Source: Methanomassiliicoccaceae archaeon (GTDB lineage Archaea; Thermoplasmatota; Thermoplasmata; Methanomassiliicoccales; Methanomassiliicoccaceae). Taken from it: a DNA stretch of 64,000 nucleotides. How positions within the stretch are numbered: position 1 is the first letter of the stretch; every line of letters begins with the position of its first letter. The stretch spans positions 224,001-288,000 of the forward strand of contig CAVSJV010000005.1 of NCBI GenBank assembly GCA_963728405.1, written 5' to 3'. Below are positions 39,265 to 50,518 of this stretch, one piece after another. The position numbers were made by a program, and so were the translations under genes. The notes under the pieces were generated by a model that worked only from the letters and a program-made list of their open reading frames with translations, had not been told where the DNA came from and searched no databases.

Positions 39265-40566
39265 TCAGTAATCCATGAGCTCGCCCTTCTTCATGAACTC
39301 CCGGAGCAGGCAGGTGGCGTAGCAGCCCTTGTTCAGGGAGAAGGCGAAAGTGGCGCCATCGTCCTGGGCATCGTACCTGAGGTCGGTGATGCGGGCCAGA
39401 AGTTCCCTCTTGCTCCCCTTGGACGAACACTGGTGCAGCTGGGGGACCATGAAGTCCCTCTTCTGCAAGCCCTCCTCGTCGATCACCTTCCGCTCGATGT
39501 CGCCCATAACGCCCTCCGAGAGCACTGACTCCGAGCCGAACAGCGTTCCGCTGACGAATGCCCTTCCCAGACGGACCTGCCGTTCGACCAGGTCAATGTT
39601 CTGAGAGGTCACCGGCACGCCATGGTCGTGATCGGGAAGGCCCAGCCGGTCCGCCGGTAGAACAACGTCCCCGACCAGTGGCTTGTTGATCGGCAATCCT
39701 CTCCGGATGCGCTCGCTGAGGGTGCGGTTGAAAAGGTATGATTGGTAAGCGTGGACGAACATCATCTGGAGGTTCGGAGGCATCACTTGTATCGCCCCGG
39801 CGTAGTCGCCAGGGTTACGGGCCAGGAAGCCGATGATCATCCTCTCGAACGTCAATATGCGTGGGAAGTAGTCGATCGCTTGCTCGAAGTCCCTGGTCTC
39901 CTCAAGCTTTGCCCGGGCGGCCCTGGTCTCCTCGTTCTCCTGGGGGACGGGGTTCGCAGCGTAGGTCATCACTGCCCGCTCGAAGTCGCCCTTTATGATC
40001 CACTTACCGACCTCGTGGGTGACCGGCCGAACCGCGCCGAACCGCTGCACCCCAAAGAAGTTCGGGAAACCCCCCAGCTCCTTGAGCTTCCTGGCCGTTC
40101 CGTTCAGTGACTCGCTAATCTCCTGCCCTTGGAGGGCGGTTTCGGTGACCTTGATTATGAACTTGTTGCCGGACAGGTCTCCGATGGTGATGGCCTTCTT
40201 GGCGAGATAGGCATCCTCGATCCGGACCTGATGCACCTGGACGGCCATGACGCGGTCCAACGGTGCTTGGAACGACATGAGCTGCGATGTGATCGCCCGC
40301 TTGTCCTTGGTTCCAGCGAACCCGATCCTTTCCCGAGATATGCCCAACGCCCTGGATAGCTCCCGGACCAGTCGGTTCATCTCCCAGTTCTGGGCAGTGA
40401 CCTTGGCGATGGTATAAGCGCCGTTCTCGACCTTCTCCGGGTAAGTGGAGATTTCCTCCACCAGGAAGTCCTCGGGAAAACGCTTTAGTCGGCCCCCGAT
40501 GCCGGGGGTGTCAGAATAAAAGACCTCGAGGCCGATGACGGCCTCTCTAGTTTTGCACTCCAGCAT
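39265..40566 (-). CDS. truD: tRNA pseudouridine(13) synthase TruD
   Basis: PEDFLVEE, FAGTKDKRAITSQ, GN.F.I, FPNFFG.QRFG, HAYQSYLFN, G.YAT.LLRE. Confidence 0.96.
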   Translation of the reverse strand: MLECKTREAVIGLEVFYSDTPGIGGRLKRFPEDFLVEEISTYPEKVENGAYTIAKVTAQNWEMNRLVRELSRALGISRERIGFAGTKDKRAITSQLMSFQAPLDRVMAVQVHQVRIEDAYLAKKAITIGDLSGNKFIIKVTETALQGQEISESLNGTARKLKELGGFPNFFGVQRFGAVRPVTHEVGKWIIKGDFERAVMTYAANPVPQENEETRAARAKLEETRDFEQAIDYFPRILTFERMIIGFLARNPGDYAGAIQVMPPNLQMMFVHAYQSYLFNRTLSERIRRGLPINKPLVGDVVLPADRLGLPDHDHGVPVTSQNIDLVERQVRLGRAFVSGTLFGSESVLSEGVMGDIERKVIDEEGLQKRDFMVPQLHQCSSKGSKRELLARITDLRYDAQDDGATFAFSLNKGCYATCLLREFMKKGELMDY

Positions 40567-40567
40567 G

Positions 40568-40840
40568 TCACTTGCTCTTTTCGAGCTTGTCCCGCGCTTC
40601 CTTGAACTCGTTGGACAAGGTCTTGGCGGCCCTCTTGAGCGCGGTTTGGGGCTTTCCGTTCTTGACCTTTACGAACAGCACAGGGATGTCCAGTTCGGGG
40701 TGTCCGGTGGTATACTTCACTTCCTCCACGCCCTCGTCGGCCAGTAGCTCACTGATGAGCGGCTGGATCAGGGTCATGTCGGCTTCGCGGACCTGGACAT
40801 GAATGGAGTCCTTATCCTTTTCAAGGAGCTGAAGTTGCAT
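40568..40840 (-). CDS. rpo11: RNA polymerase subunit Rpo11 (L)
   Basis: About 90 aa, T....L...L, Y..GHP, P..AL..AA. Confidence 0.85.
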   Translation of the reverse strand: MQLQLLEKDKDSIHVQVREADMTLIQPLISELLADEGVEEVKYTTGHPELDIPVLFVKVKNGKPQTALKRAAKTLSNEFKEARDKLEKSK

Positions 40841-41058
40841 AGTGGCGCTCAATACTTCATCTTACTATAAAGGTTTTCTTCAACGTACGGCCCATTGCTG
40901 GCTATTGGGATGCGCTGCTGGCAAGCTTCTTTGGGGGCAGGTGCGAGCTACGCATGAGGGCTCCTCGTTTAAAGAGTTGCACAGGCAGGGCAGTAAGACC
41001 GCGGCCTTTGGCGTTCTGGCAGGGTCATCGGTGCTTCTTATTGGCCCGCCCTTGAACA

Positions 41059-42820
41059 CTATCCTTCCACTTTTCGGAGCTGCTTATTGTACATCTCCAG
41101 CAGCTCCTGGCTGGTCGTGGCGTCCCTCGGCGATTTATCGTCACGGAATGTGCCGGTGAATCGAGGGAACCGGATGGCCAACCCGGCGCCCTCCCTGATC
41201 CTGCTATGAGCGCAGGTGTGTATGGGGGAGATGCTCGATCTCCGCCCCCAGCACTTCGAGCACGAGGGCCGGTTCGAACCACACGTCCGCCTCCATCTTC
41301 GATTCGACCAGCGGGTGCTTCGTTGGTTGCCGGAACTTGTTCAGCTTTTCCGGTAACGCGGCCAGCGTGGCGTCGTCGAACCCGCTCCCCAGCTTGCTGA
41401 CCGTTTCAAAGCGGTCCTCCTCAGTGTTATACGTGGCCATCAGCAGCGCGCCGTAGACCCCGCCCCTCTTCCCCCGCCCATGGAACGCGCCGACGACGGC
41501 CAGGTCCACGGTGTCGTTCATCTCTGACCGATACTCTTTCTTGTACTTGATCCAGAGATAGCCCCGCGAACCAGCGCGGTACACCGAGTCATCATTGATG
41601 GACTTCGCCATGAGGCCCTCGCAGCCGGCGTTGAGGGCCTCGCGGAAGAACTCCTGGATGGCGTCCACATCATCCAGGACCTTCGCCTCAGAGAACCTGG
41701 TGTTCTCGGTGACCGTGATGCATCGGGTCAGTGCGGTCCGACGGTCCGGAAGCGGAAGCGTGGTCATGTCCCTCCCGTCCAGGTACAGGCAATCGAACAG
41801 ATGGATGCGGACGGGATAATCCTCGATCGCCTCGGTCAGGCCATGCTTCCTGCCGCGACGGTGCGAGACCTCTTGGAATGGCAGAAGCTCGCCGGTGTTG
41901 ATGTCGACAGGGACGCACTCTCCTTCTAGGATAGCGTTCTGGCAGGTGAACGCGGACTTCAGGGCCTTGACCACATCGGGGAACTGACCGGTCAGGTCCT
42001 CCAGGCGGCGGGAGTACAGCTTTATGCCTTTCTCATCGATATGCGCCTGGACCCTCAGGCCGTCGTACTTGTACTCGAACATGGCCCGCCCCCCCATCTT
42101 CTCCAGGATCTCCTCAGGGGATGGCAGGCGCTCGGCCAGCATCGCCCGGATGGGGTTGCCGATCAGGACGTGCACCTCGTCCAGCCCCCCGATCCCCTTC
42201 TGGCACAGCTTCTCGCCGACCAATCCGAGGTCCGAGGTGATGTTGAACGCCCTCTCCACCGCCGGCTTCTGTTCCTTGGTAGCGAAGGCCAAGGCCAGGG
42301 AGTCGATGACCGTCTGAGCGGCGACCCCCAATCGCATGCGGCCGGTGACGATACGGGCGATGTATTTGGCCTCGTTCGGCTTGGCGTCGTGGAGGATATC
42401 GGCCAGCATCCTCATCTTCGTCTCCTGGGAACCACTGCCCTCCGAGCGGGCCACCTTCAGCAGGGCATCATATACTCGGTCCAAGGTCAATGGTTGGGAG
42501 AACAGAGTTGTCTGCCGTTTGGTCTCAAAGACCTTCTCAGTGACGGTACCGGGGTCGCCCTCCTGAGCCCACAGCTGGCGCACCGCTGCTTCGTTCGCGC
42601 CGGTGGCCGCCAGCAACGTCCGGAGGTAGAGCTTGTCGGCCAGGCCGAGTTTCTCCGGGTAGAAGTCCGGGACGATCCCGCCTTGGGTCATGTACACTAT
42701 CTTCTTGATGTGAGAGCAATCGGAGGAACGGAAGAGCGAGGCCAGGATATCGGTCATCTCCAAACGGGAGGTGGTGGACTCGAGGGCCTCGTAGACCTTG
42801 ACCAGGTCCTGGTAGAGCAT
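41059..42820 (-). CDS. lig: ATP-dependent DNA ligase, +1 indel near 41237
   Basis: EYKYDG, ILEGE, FD.LY, EGLMAK, WIKYK; the C-terminus SPIHTC..AIRFPRF..RDDK..ATT is in the next frame. Confidence 0.95.
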
Positions 42821-42856
42821 GACTGCCGGAACGGTGAGGGGCATATAAATCGAATG

Positions 42857-44458
42857 CTAGCTATCTACGCCGGAGGGGAAATCGGAGAGGTTGAGCTGCC
42901 CCTTCTTCTCTACTTTCTTGACCTTCTCTTTTGCGGTCTCCCGGTCCCACTGCTGCTTGAGCGAGTACAGCCGCTTGTGCATCTCCCGCTCCTTCTTCTC
43001 GCTGGAATGGAGCGAGGCCTCATCTCGGGTCCCGGCGGTCACCAGTACGACGACCCGGCCGGCCCGCGAACGACCGGTACGCCCCCTTCTTTGGATCGAC
43101 CGGATCTCCGACGGCACCGGTTCATAAAAGATGACCAGGTCGGTGTTGGCGACGTCTAGGCCCTCCTCGCCTACGGACGTCGCCACCAGCACGTTGAACT
43201 CGCCGTTGCGGAACCGACCCAGCACGCTGACCTGCTCCTTCTGCTTGAGCCCCTTCTCCCCACATCGTCCGGATTGGCCGATCAACTTGGTGACCCGGGC
43301 CCCCTCGATCTTGGAGATGTAGTTCGAGACCATTTCGCAGGTGTCCCTGTATTGGGTGAACACCAGGATGCGCGAGTCTGGTTTTACCTGGATCTGGTTG
43401 CTCACGATGCCCATGACCCGGGAGATCTTGGGATGCTCCATCTTGAGGGTGGAGAGCATTCTCTCCAGCTCCTCGAATTCCTCCGAGGCAACGATGGCCC
43501 TCGAGGCCTTGGAGCCGTCCTCGGAGGTCGCTTCGGTCTTGAGCTTTTCAAGGTAGCTAGTGAGGGAGGTGACGCCCTGCGTCTCCGCCAGCTCTAGCGC
43601 GTGCCCGATCTTGATGGCCCGCGCTTGCACTGAGAGGGCGTTGTACAGTGTCCTGCTCTTTTCCCCCTTGTTCAGCCGCACCTGGATGGCACTTTGCACC
43701 TCCAACAGGTACTTGACCGAGGGCGGCCTGGCCGCGGTCATTACGCCCATGGCCACCAGCTCCTGGATGTATCGGCCGTGCAGCCTCCGTAGCACGTCGG
43801 CCACCTTGCGCATGCCGATCGGGACCTCCACTTCCACCCAGTCCATGTGGATGTCGTGGACGTACTTGGCGACGTCGGGGTCTACTTCCGATCGGACCTC
43901 GATGTTCTCGATGCCCAGGTTACCGCAGACCTCTTTGATCTTGGCCATGCTGGAACCCGGCGAAGCGGTCATGCCCATCACCAGTCCGTTCATCCCCATG
44001 TACTCCTGGGCGATAGGGACGTAAGCGTAATTGCCCACGCCCCGGTGCGCCTCATCGAATATGATCAAACGCACGTCCCGTAAGGAAATGCGCTCCGTCC
44101 GAAGATCGTTGGCGATGACCTGGGGCGTGGATGTGATCACATCGCTCTGTACCCATTCCGCCTCCCGTTCCTCCGGCTCGATCTCCCCGGTCAGGACGGT
44201 CACCTTCTTCCCCACCAGCTTGTCCTTGAGGAACATGGCGTGCTGCTCCACCAGCGGCTTTGTGGGAGCTAGGAAAAGTACCTTGCCCTTTCTCTTAGAT
44301 AGAACATCCGCGACCACCCGCAGGGCGATGACCGTCTTGCCCATGCCGGTGGGGACGACCACTAGGGTGGAAGAACTCAGGCACGAGCTCACCAGATTCC
44401 GCTGATAGTCCCTCTCCTCGATGCTGTTCATTCGGATGAGGGGGTGCTCGACGAACAC
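42857..44458 (-). CDS. Hef/FANCM-like SF2 helicase without nuclease domain
   Basis: PTGMGKT, APTKPLVEQH, FDEAHR, TASPG, ATSVGEEGLD, QRRGRTGR; C-terminal PIP-like QLNLSDF. Confidence 0.92.
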   Translation of the reverse strand: MFVEHPLIRMNSIEERDYQRNLVSSCLSSSTLVVVPTGMGKTVIALRVVADVLSKRKGKVLFLAPTKPLVEQHAMFLKDKLVGKKVTVLTGEIEPEEREAEWVQSDVITSTPQVIANDLRTERISLRDVRLIIFDEAHRGVGNYAYVPIAQEYMGMNGLVMGMTASPGSSMAKIKEVCGNLGIENIEVRSEVDPDVAKYVHDIHMDWVEVEVPIGMRKVADVLRRLHGRYIQELVAMGVMTAARPPSVKYLLEVQSAIQVRLNKGEKSRTLYNALSVQARAIKIGHALELAETQGVTSLTSYLEKLKTEATSEDGSKASRAIVASEEFEELERMLSTLKMEHPKISRVMGIVSNQIQVKPDSRILVFTQYRDTCEMVSNYISKIEGARVTKLIGQSGRCGEKGLKQKEQVSVLGRFRNGEFNVLVATSVGEEGLDVANTDLVIFYEPVPSEIRSIQRRGRTGRSRAGRVVVLVTAGTRDEASLHSSEKKEREMHKRLYSLKQQWDRETAKEKVKKVEKKGQLNLSDFPSGVDS

Positions 44459-44527
44459 ACCACTGGATAAAGGGGTGGCCTTGAAGTATCTTACGGTGGG
44501 GGCACCGTAACTGCCGAAAGTGGGGTC

Positions 44528-45211
44528 TCAGAACCACTGCTCAGCCGTCTCGGCCGGCCTCATCAGGTCCGCTGAATCCTTCGAGATGTCGTTGACCGCC
44601 TTGGAGACCGGGTATGCTTCCATATGTTCTGAAGGATACGGTCGGAACAGCCTCTCCAGCTCGTCCTTCTGCAACGGCGACGGCTCTAGCCACTCGTTCT
44701 CATCCCCCCGTGACAGGATCACTGGCATGCGTTCGTGGATATCGGCCATCAGCTCGTCGGCGGCGGTGGTGAGAATGGTGAAGCTGAGGACCTCCTTTCC
44801 ATAGGGGTCCTTCCAGTGGTCGTACAGGCCGGCCATGGCGAACAGTTTTTCATCGGTCCTTCGTGCTAGATAAGGTATCTTGCCCTTGCCCGTATCCTTC
44901 CACTCATAAAACCCAGTGGTCGGGACGAGGCACCGCTTGTCCTTCAAGGACGTTCGGAACGCCGGCCTCTCCGCCACGGTCTCAGCCCGGGCGTTGATGA
45001 GCTTGGAGCCGATCTTCTCTTCCCTCGACCAGAACGGTATGAGGCCCCAGCGCATCATGACCAGCTGATTGGGGCTCCTTCTGATGATGATCGGAACGTC
45101 CTGGGTGGGAGCGACGTTGTATCTCGGCCGGGGCATGTCTGCTACGGGAGACTCCACTGAGAATCTGGGAAGGAGATCCTTGATCTCCCCGATGGTGAAG
45201 CGGCCGCACAC
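44528..45211 (-). CDS. SRAP-domain abasic-site protection protein (HMCES/YedK-like)
   Basis: N-terminal (M)CGRF, RYNVAP, MRWGLIP, INARAET, GFYEW, HERMPV. Confidence 0.95.
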   Translation of the reverse strand: MCGRFTIGEIKDLLPRFSVESPVADMPRPRYNVAPTQDVPIIIRRSPNQLVMMRWGLIPFWSREEKIGSKLINARAETVAERPAFRTSLKDKRCLVPTTGFYEWKDTGKGKIPYLARRTDEKLFAMAGLYDHWKDPYGKEVLSFTILTTAADELMADIHERMPVILSRGDENEWLEPSPLQKDELERLFRPYPSEHMEAYPVSKAVNDISKDSADLMRPAETAEQWF

Positions 45212-45297
45212 AGATCATGAACTGCACTGACCAGTTATCTCTTTTCCGTTGAATAGGATCAAGGAGAGGTGGCGATGGCCGGCCAGGGCCGCTTTGC

Positions 45298-45498
45298 CTA
45301 CCGGCGGAACATGCCGGTGATCTTGGCTTTCATGTCGCCGAGCATACCTTCTATGCTGCGCTCATCCACGTTGTGATGGCTCTTCATGTGCCCCTTTAGC
45401 TGATCCTTGACGGCGTTCCAACCCTCTCCATTGGCCACAAGATCGCATTTTGGGCATTCATCTCCTTTGATTTCACCCGGGAGAAACCTGGCCGCCAT
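45298..45498 (-). CDS. Small CxxC..HxxxH metal-binding protein (DUF1059-like)
   Basis: CPKC...GHMKSHH. Confidence 0.5.
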   Translation of the reverse strand: MAARFLPGEIKGDECPKCDLVANGEGWNAVKDQLKGHMKSHHNVDERSIEGMLGDMKAKITGMFRR

Positions 45499-45566
45499 TC
45501 GTTCGCATAATAATCCAAAAAAGAAAGCTTGAAGGGCCCGGTTCTACCAGGCCGTTGGGGTTGGCC

Positions 45567-45890
45567 TTAATGGCAACCGGAGCAGGAGCCACCGCAGGAT
45601 GACTTAAGGTTGGGATTGTTGACAATGAGCCCCGTTCCGCTGGGGGTCTCGATGTAGTCTACCGTCGATCCCTCCAACATCTCCTTGGTCTCGCCGTCGA
45701 AATAGAACGCGAAGCCGTCCACTTTCTGCTCGGTGTCCTCATCGTTCTTCTTCTCTTGGAAGGCCATCCCGAACTGGGGGCCGGAGCAGCCCATGCCGGC
45801 CAGGTATATCCTGATACCATAGCCCTTCTTGTCGTTCTTCTCCAACAGTTCGTTGATGAACTTGATCGCTTCAGTGCTGACTTCTACCAT
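45567..45890 (-). CDS. HesB/IscA-family Fe-S cluster carrier
   Basis: GIRIYL.G.GCSG, VDY, NPN..SCGGSCSGCH. Confidence 0.9.
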   Translation of the reverse strand: MVEVSTEAIKFINELLEKNDKKGYGIRIYLAGMGCSGPQFGMAFQEKKNDEDTEQKVDGFAFYFDGETKEMLEGSTVDYIETPSGTGLIVNNPNLKSSCGGSCSGCH

Positions 45891-46030
45891 GTCCAATACA
45901 CCGTTTGACTTGAGTTCCGTCAAGATATTTAAGATAATTGCCGCACTAATGCAAACCCATCTCCTTTTCCGCCGTGGGGGCGACGGCCGCGAAGCATTTA
46001 TCGCCCCTGGGCGTATAAGCAGAGGAGGCC

Positions 46031-46501
46031 ATGATCGAGACCGTCTCCCGCGAAATGACCCGCAAGGACCTCCCTCAGATCCTCTCCATCAGCAGGGACA
46101 ACATGACCGAGATCATCTTCTCGTCCTGGGGTGTGGAGTTTCGCGACGAGGACCTTCTGCACGTCATCCTGGAGCCGTCGGCGTTCACCGAGGTGCTGGA
46201 AATGGACGGTAAGATCATCGCCTACTACTCCGTGGATACGCGCAACGACGGTCTGTTCATTAACTCCATCCAGGTCATGAGGGCCTTCCAGGGGCAGGGC
46301 CTAGGAAGAGAGATGATGAGACGCGTCGAGGACCTGGCCAAGGCAAGGAAGCTTAGGGCGATAGAGTTGTGGGTGCAGACCACCAACCGATCGGCCATGG
46401 AGTTCTATCGACACATGGGCTATCGGATGATCTCCCGACAAGGTAACAACTACCTCATGCGGCGGGTGCTGGACAACGGCAACACGAGGAGGTTCTTCTA
46501 A
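46031..46501 (+). CDS. GNAT-family acetyltransferase
   Basis: QGQGLGR motif A, N..AMEFY..MGY. Confidence 0.88.
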   Translation: MIETVSREMTRKDLPQILSISRDNMTEIIFSSWGVEFRDEDLLHVILEPSAFTEVLEMDGKIIAYYSVDTRNDGLFINSIQVMRAFQGQGLGREMMRRVEDLAKARKLRAIELWVQTTNRSAMEFYRHMGYRMISRQGNNYLMRRVLDNGNTRRFF

Positions 46502-47236
46502 TTGGGCGAGCTTCGTGAGGATCCGGCGCTGAGGGACCGGCGACAACCCTTTCGTGACCGGACCGAGGCCGGGAAGGCCCTGGCCGATTCCCTGTCGTCC
46601 CAGGGCCTTTCTGGAGCGACAATCCTGGCCATTCCTCCAGGGGGGGTCCCGATAGCCCTGGAGATGGCGGAGAGGCACGCTCTGCCATTGGATCTGTTCT
46701 TCACGGAACGGCTCGTGATGTCTGATGTTGATGAAGGCTTCGGCAGCGTGGCCTGGGGCGGGGGCTCGGTCCTTGATCGGCGGGTCTTGGACCGCCGCAA
46801 GCTCGCTCCAAGGGAGATGCGCCGGCTGAAACGCCAGAAACTCGAGGCCATACGGCAGCGGGCCAGGAAGTATGGCGTTCGGATCCCTGAGGTGGAAGGG
46901 AAGACGGTGATCCTGGCGGACGAGGGCATGATCTCCGGCAACAGCATGCTGGCCGCGGTCAAGTCCCTCCGGAGGATGGGGGCAGCGACGATCATCGTCG
47001 CGGTGCCCACTGCCCCCGGACGGGCGATCATGCGTCTGATCAACGAGGTCGACTTGCTATATTGCCTAAGCATCAGGAAGGATGACGACTCCGGCCTGTT
47101 CAGCGCCTACTCGGAGCACCGGCGATTTGGGGAGCCGGAGGCCATGGCCCTATGGGCCGCGGCTAACGAGGAGAAGGATACTAGAAATCCTTATCATACG
47201 GTACCATCTTCCATCGGCATTCCTTATGACCGATGA
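46502..47236 (+). CDS. Phosphoribosyltransferase-like protein (divergent PRPP loop)
   Basis: FRDRTEAG..LA, IP.GGVP, VILADEGMISGNS, IVAVP. Confidence 0.8.
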   Translation: MGELREDPALRDRRQPFRDRTEAGKALADSLSSQGLSGATILAIPPGGVPIALEMAERHALPLDLFFTERLVMSDVDEGFGSVAWGGGSVLDRRVLDRRKLAPREMRRLKRQKLEAIRQRARKYGVRIPEVEGKTVILADEGMISGNSMLAAVKSLRRMGAATIIVAVPTAPGRAIMRLINEVDLLYCLSIRKDDDSGLFSAYSEHRRFGEPEAMALWAAANEEKDTRNPYHTVPSSIGIPYDR

Positions 47237-49480
47237 GCACGCCCCTCGCTCGAGTGGAGTAGAGGTTAAACTCAGCCGGGACCTGGGCTTGGCCGAGGTC
47301 CTCATGATCGGGATCGGGCCCAACATAGGTTCCTCCATCTTCCTGCTCATCGGGCTTGCCACCCAATATGTCGGTCCGGCATTGCTCATCACTTTTGCTC
47401 TGAACTTCGTCGTGACCATATTCACGGCCCTTGCCTACGCGGAGCTGGCCAGCGCATTCCCCGAGACCGGTGGGGGATACCTATGGGTCAAAGAAGGCTT
47501 GTTCGAACCCCTGGGCTTCCTGGGCGGATGGATGTCCTGGATCGGCCATTGCATCGCCTGTAGCGTTTACGCCATTGGTTTCGGTACCGGTGTCGGTCTA
47601 CTGCTGGGCCAGTATAACATAACCGTCTTCGGTCTCCCACCACAGCTCGTGTCGACCTTGTTCACTATCTTCATTGCGGTGGCCTTCTGCTATCTCAACT
47701 ATCGCGGAGTGAAAGGGGCGGGCAAGTCGGAGATATTGGTTTCCGCGTTCCTCATCGGCATCATCATCCTGTTCTGTCTCTTTTGCATAGCATTCATCTT
47801 CGGGGATCCCAGCGCAGCGGGGGCATCTGGCTTCGGCCCGATGTTGCTCCCGTTCGGATATCTGTCCATCGCGACATCCATGGGATTTACCTTCATGATC
47901 TTCGAAGGATACGAGGTCGTGGCTCAGACCGGCGAGGAGGCCAAGAACCCCGAGAAAACGGTCCCTCGTGCCATGTTCCTCTGTATCGTCATATCTACCG
48001 TCCTTTTCATCGTGGTGGCGGCCGTAACCTTCGCAACGATAGGTTGGCAGGCCACCGCGGCCGGGGGGACCACGCGTTGAACATCGCGGCCGATCGCTCG
48101 ATCCCGCTGATCGGCGGGGCATTGATGTCCATCGGAATGATCATTGGCTCCGTGGCCGCGGTCAATTCGATCGTCTTCTCCGCGTCGAGGGTCTCCTTTG
48201 CAATGGGCAGGGATGGCAATCTTCCATCGTTCTTCGGTAAACTGCATCCCGAAAAGCACACTCCGGCAACGGCAATTATTATAAGTGGAATTATCATAAT
48301 ATTCATGGCCGTCTTCTTTGACATCCGCAAGGTGGCCACCGTCGCCGACGTCATGATCCTACTGCTGTTCGTTCTGGTCAACATATCGGTGATAACCCTC
48401 CGCAAAAAGCGCCCGGACGTCAAGAGGTCCTTCATTACCCCATTATTCCCGTGGATACCCATCGTGGGAGTGGGGACAAAGATGTTCCTGGCGGTCATGC
48501 TGTTTGAACTCGATCCGCTGGCCTGGTACATCGCCCTAGCGGTCATCTTCGCCGGCCTTCTGGTCCACTACTTCGCCAAGGGCCGCCGGGTCATCGAGAA
48601 GTTCGTAGCCCCCGCCCCCGCCCTGCTATCTGAGGAGGCCAAAGCCCGATATCGTGTGCTCGTCCCCTTGGATGATGCGAAGAACGAGGGCCTCATCGAC
48701 CTGGCGGTCACTCTCGCCGCTAAGAATGATGGTGAGATCCTCCTGACCAATGTGGTCGAAGTGCCCAACAGCGTCCCCCTGAGCGCGGTCGAGAAGAAGA
48801 GGGTCGAGGAGAAGAGAAGGACCCTGGAGAAACTGAAAGAATACGCGGAGATAAGGGGAATTCGAACCCGGGCCATCGTCCTGGTGTCTCACGATGTGGT
48901 CACCAGCATTATCGACACGGCCAAGGACCAGTCGGTCAATGCCATCATTGTCGGCTGGAAGGGCTACACCAACACTCAGAAGAGGGTCCTGGGCCGCAAG
49001 CTGGACGACATCGTGCGAAGGACCCCCTGTGACATCATGGTGCTGAAGGCCGAGAGCAAGCTGAAGCCGGCCCGGATCATGATACTGTCGGGTGGGTTGT
49101 GGCACGTCAGCAAGGCCACGGAAGTGGCGGCGGACATCGCCCAGATGAATGATTCAAGGGTCACCATCCTCAACGTCATCATCAATGAACGTTATCTGGT
49201 CCGCGCGGCCGAGTACTCCAAGCGCCTTAAGAAGATCGTGGAGTCGAGAAAGGTGCCGGTCATCGTAAAGGAAACGCGACCGGAATCGTTCATTGGCGGG
49301 GTGGTGGCCGAATCGCTGGAGACGGACCTGCTGGTCATCGGTTCCTCCGCCGCCAAGCGGTGGGACCAGTTCGCCTTTGGGGCCATCCAGGACGTAATTG
49401 CCAAGAACGCCAAGTGCCCCGTGCTGGTGTACAAGCGGGTCGCTCCGGGCACTCCTGATGCCCCGGATGAAGAAGAATGA
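47226..49480 (+). CDS. APC amino-acid permease fused to two universal stress protein domains, frameshift in a G-run ~48065
   Basis: IGSSIF, YAELASAFP..GG.Y, FEGYE..AQTGEE, SRV.FAMGRDG; RVLVP, IIVGW, PCDIMV, A.CPVLV. Confidence 0.9.
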
Positions 49481-49481
49481 T

Positions 49482-50432
49482 CTAGCAGACCGCGGCAATG
49501 AGCTGATCGATGAGCAGGTCCGCAGCGTGAACAGGCACCCGGGCACCGGCGCTGGACCGATGCCCGCCGCCGCCTACACCGTTCTCCCTGGTGAACGCTT
49601 CGGCAAACTGCCCCAGGTCCAGGCCATCCTTTCTCGAAGAGCGGAGGGATGCGGTGGCAGTGTCCTTAGAATCGTGGAGCATGAGGGTGTAGTCGCACTC
49701 AAGCTCCCTGGCCACCTTGCTCAGTGCAGCCGAGCCGAATCCCTGTAGGGACAGCTTCCTTCCTCGCAGGTCCAGCAGTCCCAGGTCCCCTCGGACCTCC
49801 AGGCTATTCCGTACTCGGTCCAATGCCTTGCCCCACCGGCCGCCAGCCAATACCGCTTCCCACCTCTCTGTGATAAGGGACACTTCGGAGGGCCAGCATC
49901 CCTCGGACAGGGATCGGGCGGCTAGCAGGCGGAACGCGTCATCTTCGACGTTGAAACGCCAGGCGAAGTCCAGGACCGTAGCCTCGGCCTCCATCCGCTC
50001 CCGACCGTAGAGCTCCGACCTTGCTTCCAGTAGGGGGGTCTCCGAGCGCTCGTAGAGATCGGCTAGCGCCGCGATGTTGGAACTGATGGCCGGCTGACCG
50101 AGGAAAGCGTGGAGGGTGCCGGCCGCGCTCCGCTCCAGATCAATGACGGCGCGATCGGACCGCTGGGCGGTGGGATGGTGGTCGACCAGCAAGGTCGGCC
50201 TTTTATCATCACCCATCGCCTCGGCCAGCTCGGCGGTCAGCGGAATGTCGGCAAGGTAGATCTCTCTGGAACGGCCATCGCCCTTCATCTCCCGCAGTGC
50301 CGCGGGGGGCGAGGTCACGAAGCTGACCCAGGATCCCGGGAATCGTTGCAGGAAGACTGCCGCGCAGGCCATGCCGTCCAGGTTGCCCCTGGTGATAAGA
50401 TGCCTGCTCCAAGGGTCTTGATGTTCTCCCAT
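49482..50432 (-). CDS. DHH-family phosphoesterase-like protein (motif I degenerate)
   Basis: NLDG, LAD, VDHH, SAAG, SLRS, GGGGH..SAG (DHHA1). Confidence 0.75.
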   Translation of the reverse strand: MGEHQDPWSRHLITRGNLDGMACAAVFLQRFPGSWVSFVTSPPAALREMKGDGRSREIYLADIPLTAELAEAMGDDKRPTLLVDHHPTAQRSDRAVIDLERSAAGTLHAFLGQPAISSNIAALADLYERSETPLLEARSELYGRERMEAEATVLDFAWRFNVEDDAFRLLAARSLSEGCWPSEVSLITERWEAVLAGGRWGKALDRVRNSLEVRGDLGLLDLRGRKLSLQGFGSAALSKVARELECDYTLMLHDSKDTATASLRSSRKDGLDLGQFAEAFTRENGVGGGGHRSSAGARVPVHAADLLIDQLIAAVC

Positions 50433-50518
50433 CCGAGATACTTGACCCCGGCGAGCATTATGAACGTCCCTAACCAGTTATCACAATGGATAACATTGAA
50501 TGGGCAACATCCATCTAG

